The notes beneath the pieces are model-generated. The model was not told the DNA's origin and did no database searches. It saw only the letters and a program-made list of their open reading frames with translations. From Verrucomicrobiaceae bacterium (GTDB lineage Bacteria; Verrucomicrobiota; Verrucomicrobiia; Verrucomicrobiales; Akkermansiaceae): DNA of 64,000 bases. Below are positions 28,596 through 39,211 of the stretch, in pieces. The stretch spans positions 96,001 to 160,000 of the forward strand of contig JBPOGH010000009.1 of the NCBI GenBank assembly GCA_051252135.1. Direction: 5' to 3'. The first letter of the stretch is position 1, and every line of letters starts with the position of its first letter. The translations under genes were made by a program, and so were the position numbers.

Positions 28596-31500
28596 ATGAA
28601 GTTTTTTCCTCTATTTAGTGCCGCCCTGGTTTTGTCGGTCTTCCCGCCCGTTTTTGCCGGATCCATCGGGGTCAACTTTGGGAGTGGTCGCGGAGACGCG
28701 AGCATCCCGTCGGCGAGTGTGGCCGGGTTGGTGGCCCAAGCGAACTGGAACAACGCTTCGGGAAGTGACGGGACTTTGAATAACCTGGACAACGAGACAG
28801 GGAGTAACAGCGGTGCATCGGTGACGTGGGCGACCGATGAGGAGTGGAGTGTTGGCGGAACGCCGGCGGATGCCAACGGTACTCTGTTGAATGGTTTTGT
28901 TTCGGAGAATAACGATGGGACCGATTCGACGATTACGTTTACGGGGATTCCTTATGTTAGTTACGATCTTTACGTTTACATGAGTCACGATCGGGCGTCG
29001 GAGGATGTTGATATTTCGGGGCCCTTTCCGACGTTTCGACTGCACGAGGACGATACGAATATTTCCGCACCGGTGACGTTCAACCAGCAAAGTGAAAGTG
29101 CGAATCCCAATGCATCCAATATGGGGAATTACGCGCTTTTTCCGGGTCTGAGTGGATCGACATTGGCGTTGACCCTTTCACCGACCGGGGCTGCCGGAAG
29201 TCTGGATCGGAATGCCATTTCGGGAATTCAGATTGTGGAGACGACGGTGGTTGAAGGTCTTCCCGAAATTGAGACGTCTCCTGCCACTTCGGTGACGAGT
29301 AATGGAGGGATTGCGAACGGCAATTTGGTCGATAACGGCGATGGGGCTGATGAGGCGGCGATCACCGTTTACTGGGGGACGAGCGATGGGGGGACCGATG
29401 CGGGGTTGTGGGCGAACAGTGCCGGAGGAGGGACGCGGACGTCGCCCGGGGTGTTCGCGGTATCCTTGTCTGGGCTTGTTCCCAATACGACCTACCATTA
29501 CCGGGCCTTTGCCAGTAACAGTGAGGGAGACGCGTGGGCTTCTGCGTCTGAATCGTTTACGACTCCAGCCGAGCTTCCAACGGTGGTGAACCTTACAGCA
29601 GGTGATGTTTCCGGCACATCAGCGACGCTCGGAGGTGAGGTGACTTCGACCGGGGGGGACACGACGACATTGGTGATTTTTTACGGGGACAATGACGGGG
29701 GGACAGGAGCGTGGGATTCGCAATTGGATTTGGGAGTTCAAAGTGGTCCGGCAACGGGAGGGATATCCGGGTTGGCATCGGGGACGACTTATTACTTCCG
29801 GGCGGCGGCTACGAATTCGGCAGGCACGACATGGGCGACCAGCCCGGAGAGTTTCACCACTACTGCGGTAACGCTTCCGAACGTGACCACGCTGGCGGCG
29901 ACGGGGGTGAATGGAACTTTTGCGACCTTGAATGGCGAGGTCACGGGAACGGGAGGAGACGAGCCTGAGGCCACCTTTTACTATGGGACGACTGATGGGG
30001 GGACGGATGTCGGGAGCTGGCAATTTACGGCAACGGCGGGGTCGCAGTCGGGTTCCTTTTCCAGACTTCTCGGGAATCTCCAACCGAGTACCACATACTT
30101 CTTCAGGGCGCGGGTTCAGAATGCGGCGGGTTCGATGTGGGGGGCGACGACCTTGAGTTTCACCACGCCTGTCTTTGCGCCGCCCACGGTGGTGATCAAT
30201 GAAATCCACTTTGATGAGGATGATAAGACGGTTCGGGCCGAGTTTATCGAACTCCATAATCCGAGTGACACTCCGGTGAATCTCGCGGGTTATCAATTCA
30301 CGAGCGGGATTGATTTTACTTTTCCATCGGGGACGATCCTCAGTGATGGAGCCTATTTGGTGGTGGCAGAGGATCCGGCGACGATGGATTCGCATTTTGG
30401 ATACTCCGGGGCGTTGGGGCCTTTTGAAAATGGCACGACCTTGAAGAATTCGGGGGAGACGATCACTTTGAGCGACCCCAGTGGAAACGTGGTCGACCGC
30501 GTTGACTACAAATTGGGGTTTCCGTGGCCTACGGTGGGGGATGAAGTTGGGACGCCGCTTGCGAGTCCTTCGATTGAGTTGATCAACCCGTTTCTGGACA
30601 ATGATCTTGGAGGGAGTTGGCGTTCGTCAGGTTCTCCGGTGTCCAATTCAGGAGAAGGTGGTGGGCCGGTGACTTTGGTAACTCCGGGGTCGGGGTGGAG
30701 GTATCGTAAGGGGACATCTTTTCCCGTAGCCGACGGATCAGGAAATGAGTGGGCTGACAATGGTTATGATGACAGCGCCGACGGGGAGTGGCTCGATGGG
30801 ACGGCTGTCTTTGGCTATGGCGACGGTGATGACACCACGGTGCTCAGTGATATGCAGGGAAACTACATTAGTATTTTTCTGCGCCGAGAGTTCACGATTG
30901 CCCCGGGTGAAATTCCCAATGCGCTTACGGTGAATTGCTATCATGATGATGGTGCGGTCGTTTATATCAACGGGGTGGAAGTGGAGAGGTTTTCCACCGA
31001 TAACGGAGCGGTCGGCTTTCCGCCGGCGCAAGGGTTTGCGAATGGTCACGAGCGGGCCTGGTCGACCAGTGTTGTATCGGGAGTAGCATCCTATTTGGTT
31101 GAGGGGACGAACGTCATTGCGATTCATGCGATCAATGAGACGAACGGGAGCAGCGACTTTTCGATTGATGCCGAATTGATCACGGTTCCTTCGGGAGGCG
31201 GTTCCAACAACGCCCCGACACCGGGGGCTGCGAACTCGACGTTTTCGCTCAACGCGCCGCCGCAAGTTCGACAGGTGAGTCACTTGCCGAAGGAGCCGGT
31301 CTCGGGTGAAGAGGTGGTTGTTTCCGCGAAGGTGACTGATCCCGACGGGGTGGCTTCGGTGACGCTGGAATACCAACTGGTGAATCCGGGGGATTATTTT
31401 TGTCGATACCTGAAATTTAGCACCAACGGGAACGCCAATCCGGATCCCCGTTTTGAGGATCCTTCGGAGTGGACTTCGCTTCCCATGAGCGATGACGGGA

Positions 31501-34187
31501 ATGGTGGGGATGCGCTGGCATCGGATTCGATTTACTCGGTGACCCTACCGGCGGCATTGCAAACCCATCGACGGCTCATTCGTTATCGTATTAGCGTGTC
31601 AGACACTCCGGGTGCCGGGATCCGAGTGCCCTACGCGGATGATCCCCAGCCAAACTTTGCCTACTTTGTCTATGATGGGACGCCGGATTGGACCGGGGTG
31701 ATTCGTCCGGGAGACACTGCGGTGACCTATCCAGGTGAGCTTATGTCGAGCATCGCGACCTACTTTTTGCTTAGTAAAAACGAGTGGGTCGATGACTCGC
31801 AGTTTGGGGGGTATTCCGGATCCGAGTATTTGTGGCCCGGCACTTTGGTATACGACGGGAAGATCTACGATCACGTTCAGTATCGTCCGCGCGGAGGAGT
31901 TCACCGTTATCAGTATGGGAAGAATTTCTGGAAGTTCGATTTTCCACGGGGCCATCGATTTGAGGCCCGGGACCGTAATGGCAAGCGTTACAAGACGGAT
32001 TGGAACAAGCTGAATTTCTCCTCGATTGTGCAGCAGGTGAATTTCAACCACCGCGGTGAGCAGGGGCTTTTTGAAGGGGTGGGATTCCGGCTGTTCGAAC
32101 TCGCAGGTGTGCCGGCATGCCAGACCCATTACAACCAGTTCTACGTCATTGATGAGACCAGCGAATCGGGAGCCAACCAGTATGAGGGTGACTACTACGG
32201 TCTCTTCCTTTCCATCGAGCAGATGGACGGACAGTATCTTGATCAACACGATCTCCCTGATGGAAACCTTTATAAGATCGAAGGTCATTCGGGGGACTCG
32301 AATAACCAAGGGCCGTTTTCGGTGAGTGACCGGTCTGATGTGACGGGATTTATCAGCGGGTATCGCAATAACAATCCGACTGCGCAGTGGTGGCGGGACA
32401 ATTTCAATCTCGAGAGTTACTACAGCTACCGGACGATTGTGGAGGGGATCCACCACTACGATATTGCGGGAGGGAAAAACTACTTTTACTACCACAATCC
32501 GAATACTGACAAATTTCAGGTGCTTCCGTGGGACCTCGATTTGACCTGGGCCAACAACATGTTTGGCAGTGGGAATCACGATTTTTCGAGCAAGGTCGCC
32601 CAGAACCCGGCCTTCAACACGGACTATCAAAATCGCGTCCGCGAGATCATGGACCTGCTTTATAATAATGATCAGGCCAACCATTTGATTGAGGAGTCGG
32701 TTCGTGATGTTTGGAATCCGGCGGGGCTTTCCCTGGTGGGTGCGGACAGGCGGCTGTGGGACAACAATCCCCGGATCACGACCAAGGATCGTTACTACGA
32801 TGTTGCTGCGGACAACGAATTCAGCGGGATGATTGATGTGCTCAAAAACTACGTGGGATCGCGCGGGAGTTGGATGACGAGCAACCTGTTGAGTCAGGAG
32901 AACGTGATTCCCGATACGCCTGTCATCACTTACAGCGGGGTGGCGGGCTTCCCGGCAAACGGATTGCAGTTCACCTCAAGCACCTACAGTTCCGGCACTT
33001 CCTTTGCGGCGATGGAATGGCGGGTGGCCGAGGTCTATAATCCCGATACTGCAAATTATGTTCCGGGTGATCCGTTGATTTACGAGATTGAGAATCCCGC
33101 TTCGTCGGGTGTTCTCGGGAGCTTCAACAGTGCCTTCGAGTTTCCGGTGATCGCAGCCCGTCCGGGCAATACCTATCGGGCTCGCGTCCGTCATCAGGAC
33201 TCAGCGGGTCGTTGGAGTCATTGGTCCGAGCCGGTCGAGTTTGTCGCGGGAACTCCCGACGTCACCTTTTATGCTGCCAATCTCCGCGTTTCGGAAATTC
33301 ATTATGATCCGGCTCCAGCGACGCCATCCGAAGAGGCGAACGGCTGGAGGGACTCCGACTTTGAATTCATTGAACTCTACAATATCAGCAATCAGGTGAT
33401 CGACCTCACCGGGTTGCGTTTTACCAAGGGGGTTGATTTTGATTTTCCTGATGGCACCTCCATCGGGCCGAAGGGTTATTTGGTTTTTGTGAAGAATGAA
33501 GCCGCCTTTGAGTCCCGCTACGGCACTCTCCTTCCGGTTGTGGGAACCTGGGATGCTTCCGACAATTTGAGCAGTGGTGAAAACCTCAAGTTATCGCTGG
33601 GGAACGGGACGGCCGTTATCGAGTTCGTGTATGGTTCCACCTCTCCCTGGCCCACTGAACCTGATGGGACGGGCTTCAGCCTGACCTTGGATCAACCTCT
33701 GGCTACCGTGCCGGGGGATCATGCCAATGCGCTTTCGTGGCGGCCGAGCAGACTTTCCGGAGGGAGTCCCGGGACCGATGATCATCTTGATTTCGATGAT
33801 TGGCTGGTTAGCAGCGGTCTGGGTGCCGGAGCTTCGCCTACCGCCGATCCTGATCGTGACGGTCTCAATAACCTTCTTGAGTTCGCTCTCGCATCCAATC
33901 CACTCGTTGCCTCCAGCGGTGATTTGCCCCAAATCGCAACGAGCGAACTGAATATTGGGGGCGGGTCAGGGACCTACCTGACGTTGACCTTCCGTCGTCA
34001 AACTGCGGTGAACGGGTTGGGCTATTTTGTCGAAGTTTCCACGGGTTTGGACTCTTGGGATTCGAGTTTGGCTGTGCTCCATAGCCGTCAGGCCCAATTT
34101 GACGGATCGACATTGGAAACATGGCGTCTGCCGATGCCGCTTCAAAGCGACTCCAGACGCTTTATGAGGCTGCGGGTGGTGCAGTAG
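28596..34187 (+). CDS. Large secreted lamin-tail-domain (LTD)/CotH kinase-like protein with Fn3-like repeats
   Basis: Start MKFFPLF; GVNFGSGR domain; three Fn3-like TTYxYRA repeats; VVINEIH...EFIELHN LTD motif; CotH-like KNYFYY..PWDLDL; ends RRFMRLRVVQ. Confidence 0.88.
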   Translation: MKFFPLFSAALVLSVFPPVFAGSIGVNFGSGRGDASIPSASVAGLVAQANWNNASGSDGTLNNLDNETGSNSGASVTWATDEEWSVGGTPADANGTLLNGFVSENNDGTDSTITFTGIPYVSYDLYVYMSHDRASEDVDISGPFPTFRLHEDDTNISAPVTFNQQSESANPNASNMGNYALFPGLSGSTLALTLSPTGAAGSLDRNAISGIQIVETTVVEGLPEIETSPATSVTSNGGIANGNLVDNGDGADEAAITVYWGTSDGGTDAGLWANSAGGGTRTSPGVFAVSLSGLVPNTTYHYRAFASNSEGDAWASASESFTTPAELPTVVNLTAGDVSGTSATLGGEVTSTGGDTTTLVIFYGDNDGGTGAWDSQLDLGVQSGPATGGISGLASGTTYYFRAAATNSAGTTWATSPESFTTTAVTLPNVTTLAATGVNGTFATLNGEVTGTGGDEPEATFYYGTTDGGTDVGSWQFTATAGSQSGSFSRLLGNLQPSTTYFFRARVQNAAGSMWGATTLSFTTPVFAPPTVVINEIHFDEDDKTVRAEFIELHNPSDTPVNLAGYQFTSGIDFTFPSGTILSDGAYLVVAEDPATMDSHFGYSGALGPFENGTTLKNSGETITLSDPSGNVVDRVDYKLGFPWPTVGDEVGTPLASPSIELINPFLDNDLGGSWRSSGSPVSNSGEGGGPVTLVTPGSGWRYRKGTSFPVADGSGNEWADNGYDDSADGEWLDGTAVFGYGDGDDTTVLSDMQGNYISIFLRREFTIAPGEIPNALTVNCYHDDGAVVYINGVEVERFSTDNGAVGFPPAQGFANGHERAWSTSVVSGVASYLVEGTNVIAIHAINETNGSSDFSIDAELITVPSGGGSNNAPTPGAANSTFSLNAPPQVRQVSHLPKEPVSGEEVVVSAKVTDPDGVASVTLEYQLVNPGDYFCRYLKFSTNGNANPDPRFEDPSEWTSLPMSDDGNGGDALASDSIYSVTLPAALQTHRRLIRYRISVSDTPGAGIRVPYADDPQPNFAYFVYDGTPDWTGVIRPGDTAVTYPGELMSSIATYFLLSKNEWVDDSQFGGYSGSEYLWPGTLVYDGKIYDHVQYRPRGGVHRYQYGKNFWKFDFPRGHRFEARDRNGKRYKTDWNKLNFSSIVQQVNFNHRGEQGLFEGVGFRLFELAGVPACQTHYNQFYVIDETSESGANQYEGDYYGLFLSIEQMDGQYLDQHDLPDGNLYKIEGHSGDSNNQGPFSVSDRSDVTGFISGYRNNNPTAQWWRDNFNLESYYSYRTIVEGIHHYDIAGGKNYFYYHNPNTDKFQVLPWDLDLTWANNMFGSGNHDFSSKVAQNPAFNTDYQNRVREIMDLLYNNDQANHLIEESVRDVWNPAGLSLVGADRRLWDNNPRITTKDRYYDVAADNEFSGMIDVLKNYVGSRGSWMTSNLLSQENVIPDTPVITYSGVAGFPANGLQFTSSTYSSGTSFAAMEWRVAEVYNPDTANYVPGDPLIYEIENPASSGVLGSFNSAFEFPVIAARPGNTYRARVRHQDSAGRWSHWSEPVEFVAGTPDVTFYAANLRVSEIHYDPAPATPSEEANGWRDSDFEFIELYNISNQVIDLTGLRFTKGVDFDFPDGTSIGPKGYLVFVKNEAAFESRYGTLLPVVGTWDASDNLSSGENLKLSLGNGTAVIEFVYGSTSPWPTEPDGTGFSLTLDQPLATVPGDHANALSWRPSRLSGGSPGTDDHLDFDDWLVSSGLGAGASPTADPDRDGLNNLLEFALASNPLVASSGDLPQIATSELNIGGGSGTYLTLTFRRQTAVNGLGYFVEVSTGLDSWDSSLAVLHSRQAQFDGSTLETWRLPMPLQSDSRRFMRLRVVQ

Positions 34188-34240
34188 GAGGAGATAGAAT
34201 AGGATGCACGGAAGGGTATTGGAGAGACATTCATCTTCCC

Positions 34241-37200
34241 ATGCGATTTCTGTTATTTCTCCTCTTAGGTCTCCTTCCGTTAACGGCCCAAATCACCTAC
34301 GAGGGAACTTCCGGTCCCGGTAAGGGGAAGCACATTGTTTTTGTGGCTTCGGATCACGAATACCGAACCGAGGAAACCTGCCCGGCCCTTGCCCGTATTC
34401 TGGCCGAGCACCACGGATTCAAGACCACTGTTTGCTTCGGAGTCGATCAGAAGGGTTTCATCAAGGCCGGTGCTTCCAGGATTGAGGGACTCGAAGCTCT
34501 AAAGGATGCCGATCTCATGGTGATCTTTGCCCGTTTTCTTGATCTTCCTGATGAGCAGATGAAGCACATTGCGGATTATATTGATCGGGGCGGCCCGGTA
34601 GTGGGGCTGCGGACGTCTTCCCACGCTTTCAAGATCAAGCCGGGAAAGACCTATTCGCACTATGACTTCCAATACGAAGGGGAAGAGTTTGAAAAAGGCT
34701 TTGGTCACCAGATTCTCGGAAACACGTGGGTGGGCCACTATGGCAAGAATCACAAGCAGGCGACCCGGATTCAGCTGATTCCCTCCCAGAAGAAAAACCC
34801 AATCCTCACAGGTGTTGCGGATAATGCCCTCACGATGGCCGGGGCATACGTCGGGATTCCCGATGACACCTTCACCGTGCTCACCGAGAGTCAGCCGCTC
34901 AAGGGAATGACCATCGATTCACCCGCTGATGAAACCAAGCCACCAAGTCCCTCGACCTGGACCCGATATTACACTTCAACATCGGGTAGGAAGGCTCGTG
35001 TTTTTCATTCCACCCAAGGCGCCTCTCAGGACATTCTTGATCCCAACTACCGTCGACTCATATTGAATGGCATCTACTGGGCGGTGGGGATGGAGGGGGA
35101 GATCAAGGCGGACTCAAAGATCGACTTCGTCGGCGCTTACCAACCTTCCCGGTTTAGTTTCGGAGGTGAGGTCAAGGGTGTGAAGCCGTCGGACCTGGCG
35201 GACATCAACTCGCCGATAATGCCCAAAAATGAGGCCAACAAGAATCACGGCAGTGCCAACAAGACCGATGGTCGAAACAAAGAATCCGCCATCGAGGCTC
35301 CCGGGAAAGACCCCGGACTTGCGAAATACTACATCAATTTCAAGACTTCTCCCCGAGCGGAGAGAGCTGAGCCTGTTGCCACGACACTTCCGCTTCAGCT
35401 GAGAAAAGGCGATCGCATCGCCTTTATCGGCAACCTCCTTCTGGATGCCGAACGTCGCCACGGTCATCTCGAAACTCTCCTTCATCATCATCATCCGGAT
35501 CATCAGCTCACCATTCGGAACCTTGCGTGGCCGGCTGATGAGGTCGACCTCATGCCGCGTCCTGATAATTTTGGCGATCTTGATCAGCATCTGACTTATT
35601 TTAAGGCGGACGTCATTTTTGCGGCCTTTGGCGCCAATGAATCCTTCGGTGGTTCCGACGGACTTTCGTCTTTCAAAGAGCGGCTTGATCGATTCCTCAC
35701 CCATCTCAAGACGCAGGCCTACAATGGTGAGGCGGCGGCCCGAATCGTGCTCATCTCTCCAGTCGCCAACGAGGAAGAAGCAGGGGAGCGCAACAACGCC
35801 AACCTTCGGCTCTATTCCAACGCCTTGGCCGAGGCGGCCAAAAATCACGGGATCGGTTTCGTTGATGTCATGGACAAACTTCCCACGATCTACATCAGCA
35901 AATTACGTCCAAACACCAGTGATGGATATCAGCTCAACGCCCAGGGTCATGCCGTTTTCGCCGGGGCCACGATGAAGGCGCTCTTCGGACAGGACCCTTC
36001 GGTGATCAACGAAGATCTTCGCAAGCTTGTTGTCGATAAAGCGACCCAGTTTTTTTACCGCTACCGCCCGCTCAACACGTTTTACTACACGGGTGCCCGG
36101 AACAAATCGTATGGCTATCTCGATTTTCTCCCTGCGATGCGAAACTTCGACATGATGGTGGCCAATCGCGATAACGCGATTCACGCGACGGCTTCCACAG
36201 GCAAGCTCGTTCAGCCGGATGACTCGAATCTTCCCAAGCTTGACGACGTCCTCCTTTCCCGTGGGGCGAACAAGTTCCTTTCCGTCGCCGACGAGCAGGC
36301 GGCCTTCAAGGTCGATCCCCGTTTTGAGGTCAACTGCTTCGCCTCCGAGGAAGACTTTCCCGAAATGGCCTGTCCGATCCAGATGCGCTGGGACAAGCAC
36401 GGTCGACTTTGGGTGTCGACTTCTGTCACCTACCCGCACGTTTATCCCGGGCAAAAGCCGCAGGATAAAATCATCATTCTTGAGGACACCGATCAGGATG
36501 GTAAAGCCGACACGTGCACCACTTGGGCCGATGATCTCCACATTCCCCTCTCCTTCGTGCTTGATGGAAATGGCGGTGTCTATTGCTCCGAAGAACCCCA
36601 TCTCACCCACCTGACCGACCGTGATGGTGACGGAAAAATGGACCACCGGGAAATCCTCTTCACCGGGTTCGGTTGTGAGGACTCCCACCACGCGCTCCAC
36701 GATTTCACCTGGACTCCCGGTGGCGATCTTCTCTTTCGTGAATCGATCTTCCACAACACCCAAGTGGAGACCGCCTACGGCCCCATCCGCGCGAAGAACT
36801 CCTCGTGGTTTCTTTATCACCCTTCGTCGAAAAAGCTGACTGCCTTTGGTGCCTATCCCAATACCAACCCTTGGGGAGTCACCTTTGACAAATGGGGGAA
36901 CCACGTGGCCTCGCACCCGGTCTTCGCCTCTACCTTTCATGCCACCAATCCCGTCTATCCGGCGCAGCACTCTGCGGTTGGGAAAGACTTCCAAGCCTAC
37001 TCCGGCACCTGCGGACACGACTTTGTTGATCACGAATTCTGGCCCGAGGAAATGCAAGGGGGCTTTATCAAGGCGCGATACAAGCCCACCAATAAAATCG
37101 AATTCCACACCTGGACCGAGAAGGAAGATCACTTTGCGGAGGAGTTTCAATTTGATCTGATCTTTTCCACCAACCTGTCCTTCATTCCCGTCGATCTCCA

Positions 37201-38338
37201 CTTTGGGCCCCGCGGCGATCTCTACATCTGCGACTGGTACAACCCCGTCAAAGGTCACGCCCAGTATTCCCTCCGCGACCCCCGTCGTGATCGGAAAGCA
37301 GGTCGCATTTGGCGTGTCATTCCGAAAGGGGCCAAACTCCCGCCAGCACCAAAAATCGCCGGAGCTTCCATCACCGAACTCCTCGAACACCTCAAGTCTC
37401 CGAACTACCGCACCCGGTACTTTGCCAAGCGTGAGCTCCGCACGAAGGACAAAGAAGCAGTTCTTACCGCTGTCTCAAACTATCTCCAAAATTATTCGGG
37501 ATTGCATGATACCTCACTCATGCTTCTGGAAGCCCTTTGGGTGCAACAAGCTTTTGATTCGGCGGACCCTGCTTTTCTTGGTCGCCTACTCAATGAAGAT
37601 GACCCTTTGGTTGCTGCTTCTGCCTTTGGAGTTATGCGCTTTTCGAAAACACCATCGATGCTTGTAAGGAGCTTCCTGAATCGTGGAGCGAGCCACCCTT
37701 CCCAGCACGTCCGCCGAGAGGCGGTTCTTTGCGCCAGCTATCTTGGCTCCAAAGAAACTGTGGAAGCCATCTCCCCCGTTCTCGATCTCCCGGCTGGCCC
37801 GCACCTTTCCTACGCGATCACTACGGCTTTCAACTCCGCCGCCCTCAAGCCCTACTGGCTCCCCGGCACCGCCGAGAAACTCAAGCGCTTCGCCCCCAAG
37901 GCTACCGAAAAGAAAGACCGACGCTCCAAGGAGCAGCGCAAATTCGACAGCCAAAAGAATCTCGCCACCATCCAGATTGGCACCATTCCCGAGCGCCTTC
38001 TGTTTACAAAGACCAAGCTTTCGGCAACGCCCGGTCAGCCTTTGAGGCTCATCTTCTCAAATCCCGACGCCACCGAGCACAACCTACTGATTCTCGCAAA
38101 AGATACCCCGATACAGGAAATCGGAGAAGCGGCCAATCTGATGGCCGCCGATCCCGAAGCAGCGAAGAAGCACTATATCCCCGATGACAAGCGCATCCTT
38201 CACGCTACCAAAATGCTCAAGCAAGGTCAGTCGCAAACCCTGCGCTTCAACGCGCCCAGCGAGCCCGGCACCTATCCCTATCTCTGCACCTTCCCCGGTC
38301 ACTGGATCATCATGAAGGGCGAGCTCATTGTGAAGTAA
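34241..38338 (+). CDS. Multidomain PVC-type protein: ThuA-like, SGNH/GDSL, beta-propeller, HEAT repeats, C-terminal azurin/plastocyanin domain
   Basis: SDHEYR, GLRTSSHAF; GDRIAFIGN; CPIQMRWD, EDTDQDGKAD, DWYNP; HNLLIL...YLCTFPGHWIIM type-1 copper ligands. Confidence 0.87.
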   Translation: MRFLLFLLLGLLPLTAQITYEGTSGPGKGKHIVFVASDHEYRTEETCPALARILAEHHGFKTTVCFGVDQKGFIKAGASRIEGLEALKDADLMVIFARFLDLPDEQMKHIADYIDRGGPVVGLRTSSHAFKIKPGKTYSHYDFQYEGEEFEKGFGHQILGNTWVGHYGKNHKQATRIQLIPSQKKNPILTGVADNALTMAGAYVGIPDDTFTVLTESQPLKGMTIDSPADETKPPSPSTWTRYYTSTSGRKARVFHSTQGASQDILDPNYRRLILNGIYWAVGMEGEIKADSKIDFVGAYQPSRFSFGGEVKGVKPSDLADINSPIMPKNEANKNHGSANKTDGRNKESAIEAPGKDPGLAKYYINFKTSPRAERAEPVATTLPLQLRKGDRIAFIGNLLLDAERRHGHLETLLHHHHPDHQLTIRNLAWPADEVDLMPRPDNFGDLDQHLTYFKADVIFAAFGANESFGGSDGLSSFKERLDRFLTHLKTQAYNGEAAARIVLISPVANEEEAGERNNANLRLYSNALAEAAKNHGIGFVDVMDKLPTIYISKLRPNTSDGYQLNAQGHAVFAGATMKALFGQDPSVINEDLRKLVVDKATQFFYRYRPLNTFYYTGARNKSYGYLDFLPAMRNFDMMVANRDNAIHATASTGKLVQPDDSNLPKLDDVLLSRGANKFLSVADEQAAFKVDPRFEVNCFASEEDFPEMACPIQMRWDKHGRLWVSTSVTYPHVYPGQKPQDKIIILEDTDQDGKADTCTTWADDLHIPLSFVLDGNGGVYCSEEPHLTHLTDRDGDGKMDHREILFTGFGCEDSHHALHDFTWTPGGDLLFRESIFHNTQVETAYGPIRAKNSSWFLYHPSSKKLTAFGAYPNTNPWGVTFDKWGNHVASHPVFASTFHATNPVYPAQHSAVGKDFQAYSGTCGHDFVDHEFWPEEMQGGFIKARYKPTNKIEFHTWTEKEDHFAEEFQFDLIFSTNLSFIPVDLHFGPRGDLYICDWYNPVKGHAQYSLRDPRRDRKAGRIWRVIPKGAKLPPAPKIAGASITELLEHLKSPNYRTRYFAKRELRTKDKEAVLTAVSNYLQNYSGLHDTSLMLLEALWVQQAFDSADPAFLGRLLNEDDPLVAASAFGVMRFSKTPSMLVRSFLNRGASHPSQHVRREAVLCASYLGSKETVEAISPVLDLPAGPHLSYAITTAFNSAALKPYWLPGTAEKLKRFAPKATEKKDRRSKEQRKFDSQKNLATIQIGTIPERLLFTKTKLSATPGQPLRLIFSNPDATEHNLLILAKDTPIQEIGEAANLMAADPEAAKKHYIPDDKRILHATKMLKQGQSQTLRFNAPSEPGTYPYLCTFPGHWIIMKGELIVK

Positions 38339-38503
38339 TCAGGTTTGGAAATTGGGCCGCGACTCCTCCCGCCCTTCATTGCAACGGATTAAGTTTGCGA
38401 AAGTTGTGGTGTGGAGCCCGAGTCTGGGTTAGGGCCTTGAGTCGGCTTGTGCCTCCATTGGTTTCTTTGACTGATGTTTCACTGCACGAGCCATTTTATT
38501 ACG

Positions 38504-38776
38504 ATGAAAATGTATGTAGGCAACATGTCGTTCGATACGACTAAAGCAGAACTCGAGTCTTTCTTTTCCCAGTATGGTACGGTGACCGATGTTCACGTTC
38601 CTGAAGACCGGGAGACCGGGCGTCCACGTGGCTTCGCCTTCGTGACGATGGACTCCAAGTCCGCGATGGTAGACGCCATCAAAGGTGCCGACGGCCAGGA
38701 CCTGGACGGACGTAACCTCAAGGTGAACGAAGCCAAGCCACGCGAAGAGCGCGGTGGTGGTGGCGGTCGCTACTAA
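38504..38776 (+). CDS. RRM RNA-binding protein (RbpA-like) with Gly-rich tail
   Basis: MKMYVGNM (RNP2), [10 protein letters not shown] (RNP1), [17 protein letters not shown]. Confidence 0.93.
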   Translation: MKMYVGNMSFDTTKAELESFFSQYGTVTDVHVPEDRETGRPRGFAFVTMDSKSAMVDAIKGADGQDLDGRNLKVNEAKPREERGGGGGRY

Positions 38777-38798
38777 TTCCGCTTCAACGGATTTTTTC

Positions 38799-38834
38799 AA
38801 AAGGCGAAGCGCTTCACGGTGCTTTGCCTTTTTT
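38799..38834 (+). terminator. Rho-independent terminator, possibly bidirectional
   Basis: AAAAGGCGAAGCGC-TTCACG-GTGCTTTGCCTTTTTT between convergent genes. Confidence 0.75.
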
Positions 38835-38839
38835 ATTGT

Positions 38840-39211
38840 TTACGAAGAGGCGGATGGGTGGGGATAGAGTTCTTCCCTCGTGATTTCCTTGAGGCTAAAG
38901 CGACGAAAAGCCTCTCCGCCGACATCCCGCCATCCGGAGGGCCAACCTCCGTCCTTGTTGAGAACTTCATCAGGATTCAATCCGGGTGCGATGTAGGCCA
39001 TGGCAAACCAGCCCTGTAAAAATTCGTCATGGCTCAGATCGCGAATGTTGGCCCGCTGACTGAGGATCAAGTGGAGCCTGACGTGAGCCTCCTGGGAAGA
39101 CTTCGGGATGGGGGAGCCCTCCTGCGTGTCTTCCTGTGACCGTGTCGTCATGTGCTCGTGGGATTGGAGAATTTTGCCGAAAGAGGGGAAATTGAACTTG
39201 GGGAATTTCAT
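38840..39211 (-). CDS. Hypothetical protein, ATGA-coupled to the racemase
   Basis: 123-aa ORF whose ATG overlaps the racemase TGA. Confidence 0.5.
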   Translation of the reverse strand: MKFPKFNFPSFGKILQSHEHMTTRSQEDTQEGSPIPKSSQEAHVRLHLILSQRANIRDLSHDEFLQGWFAMAYIAPGLNPDEVLNKDGGWPSGWRDVGGEAFRRFSLKEITREELYPHPSASS

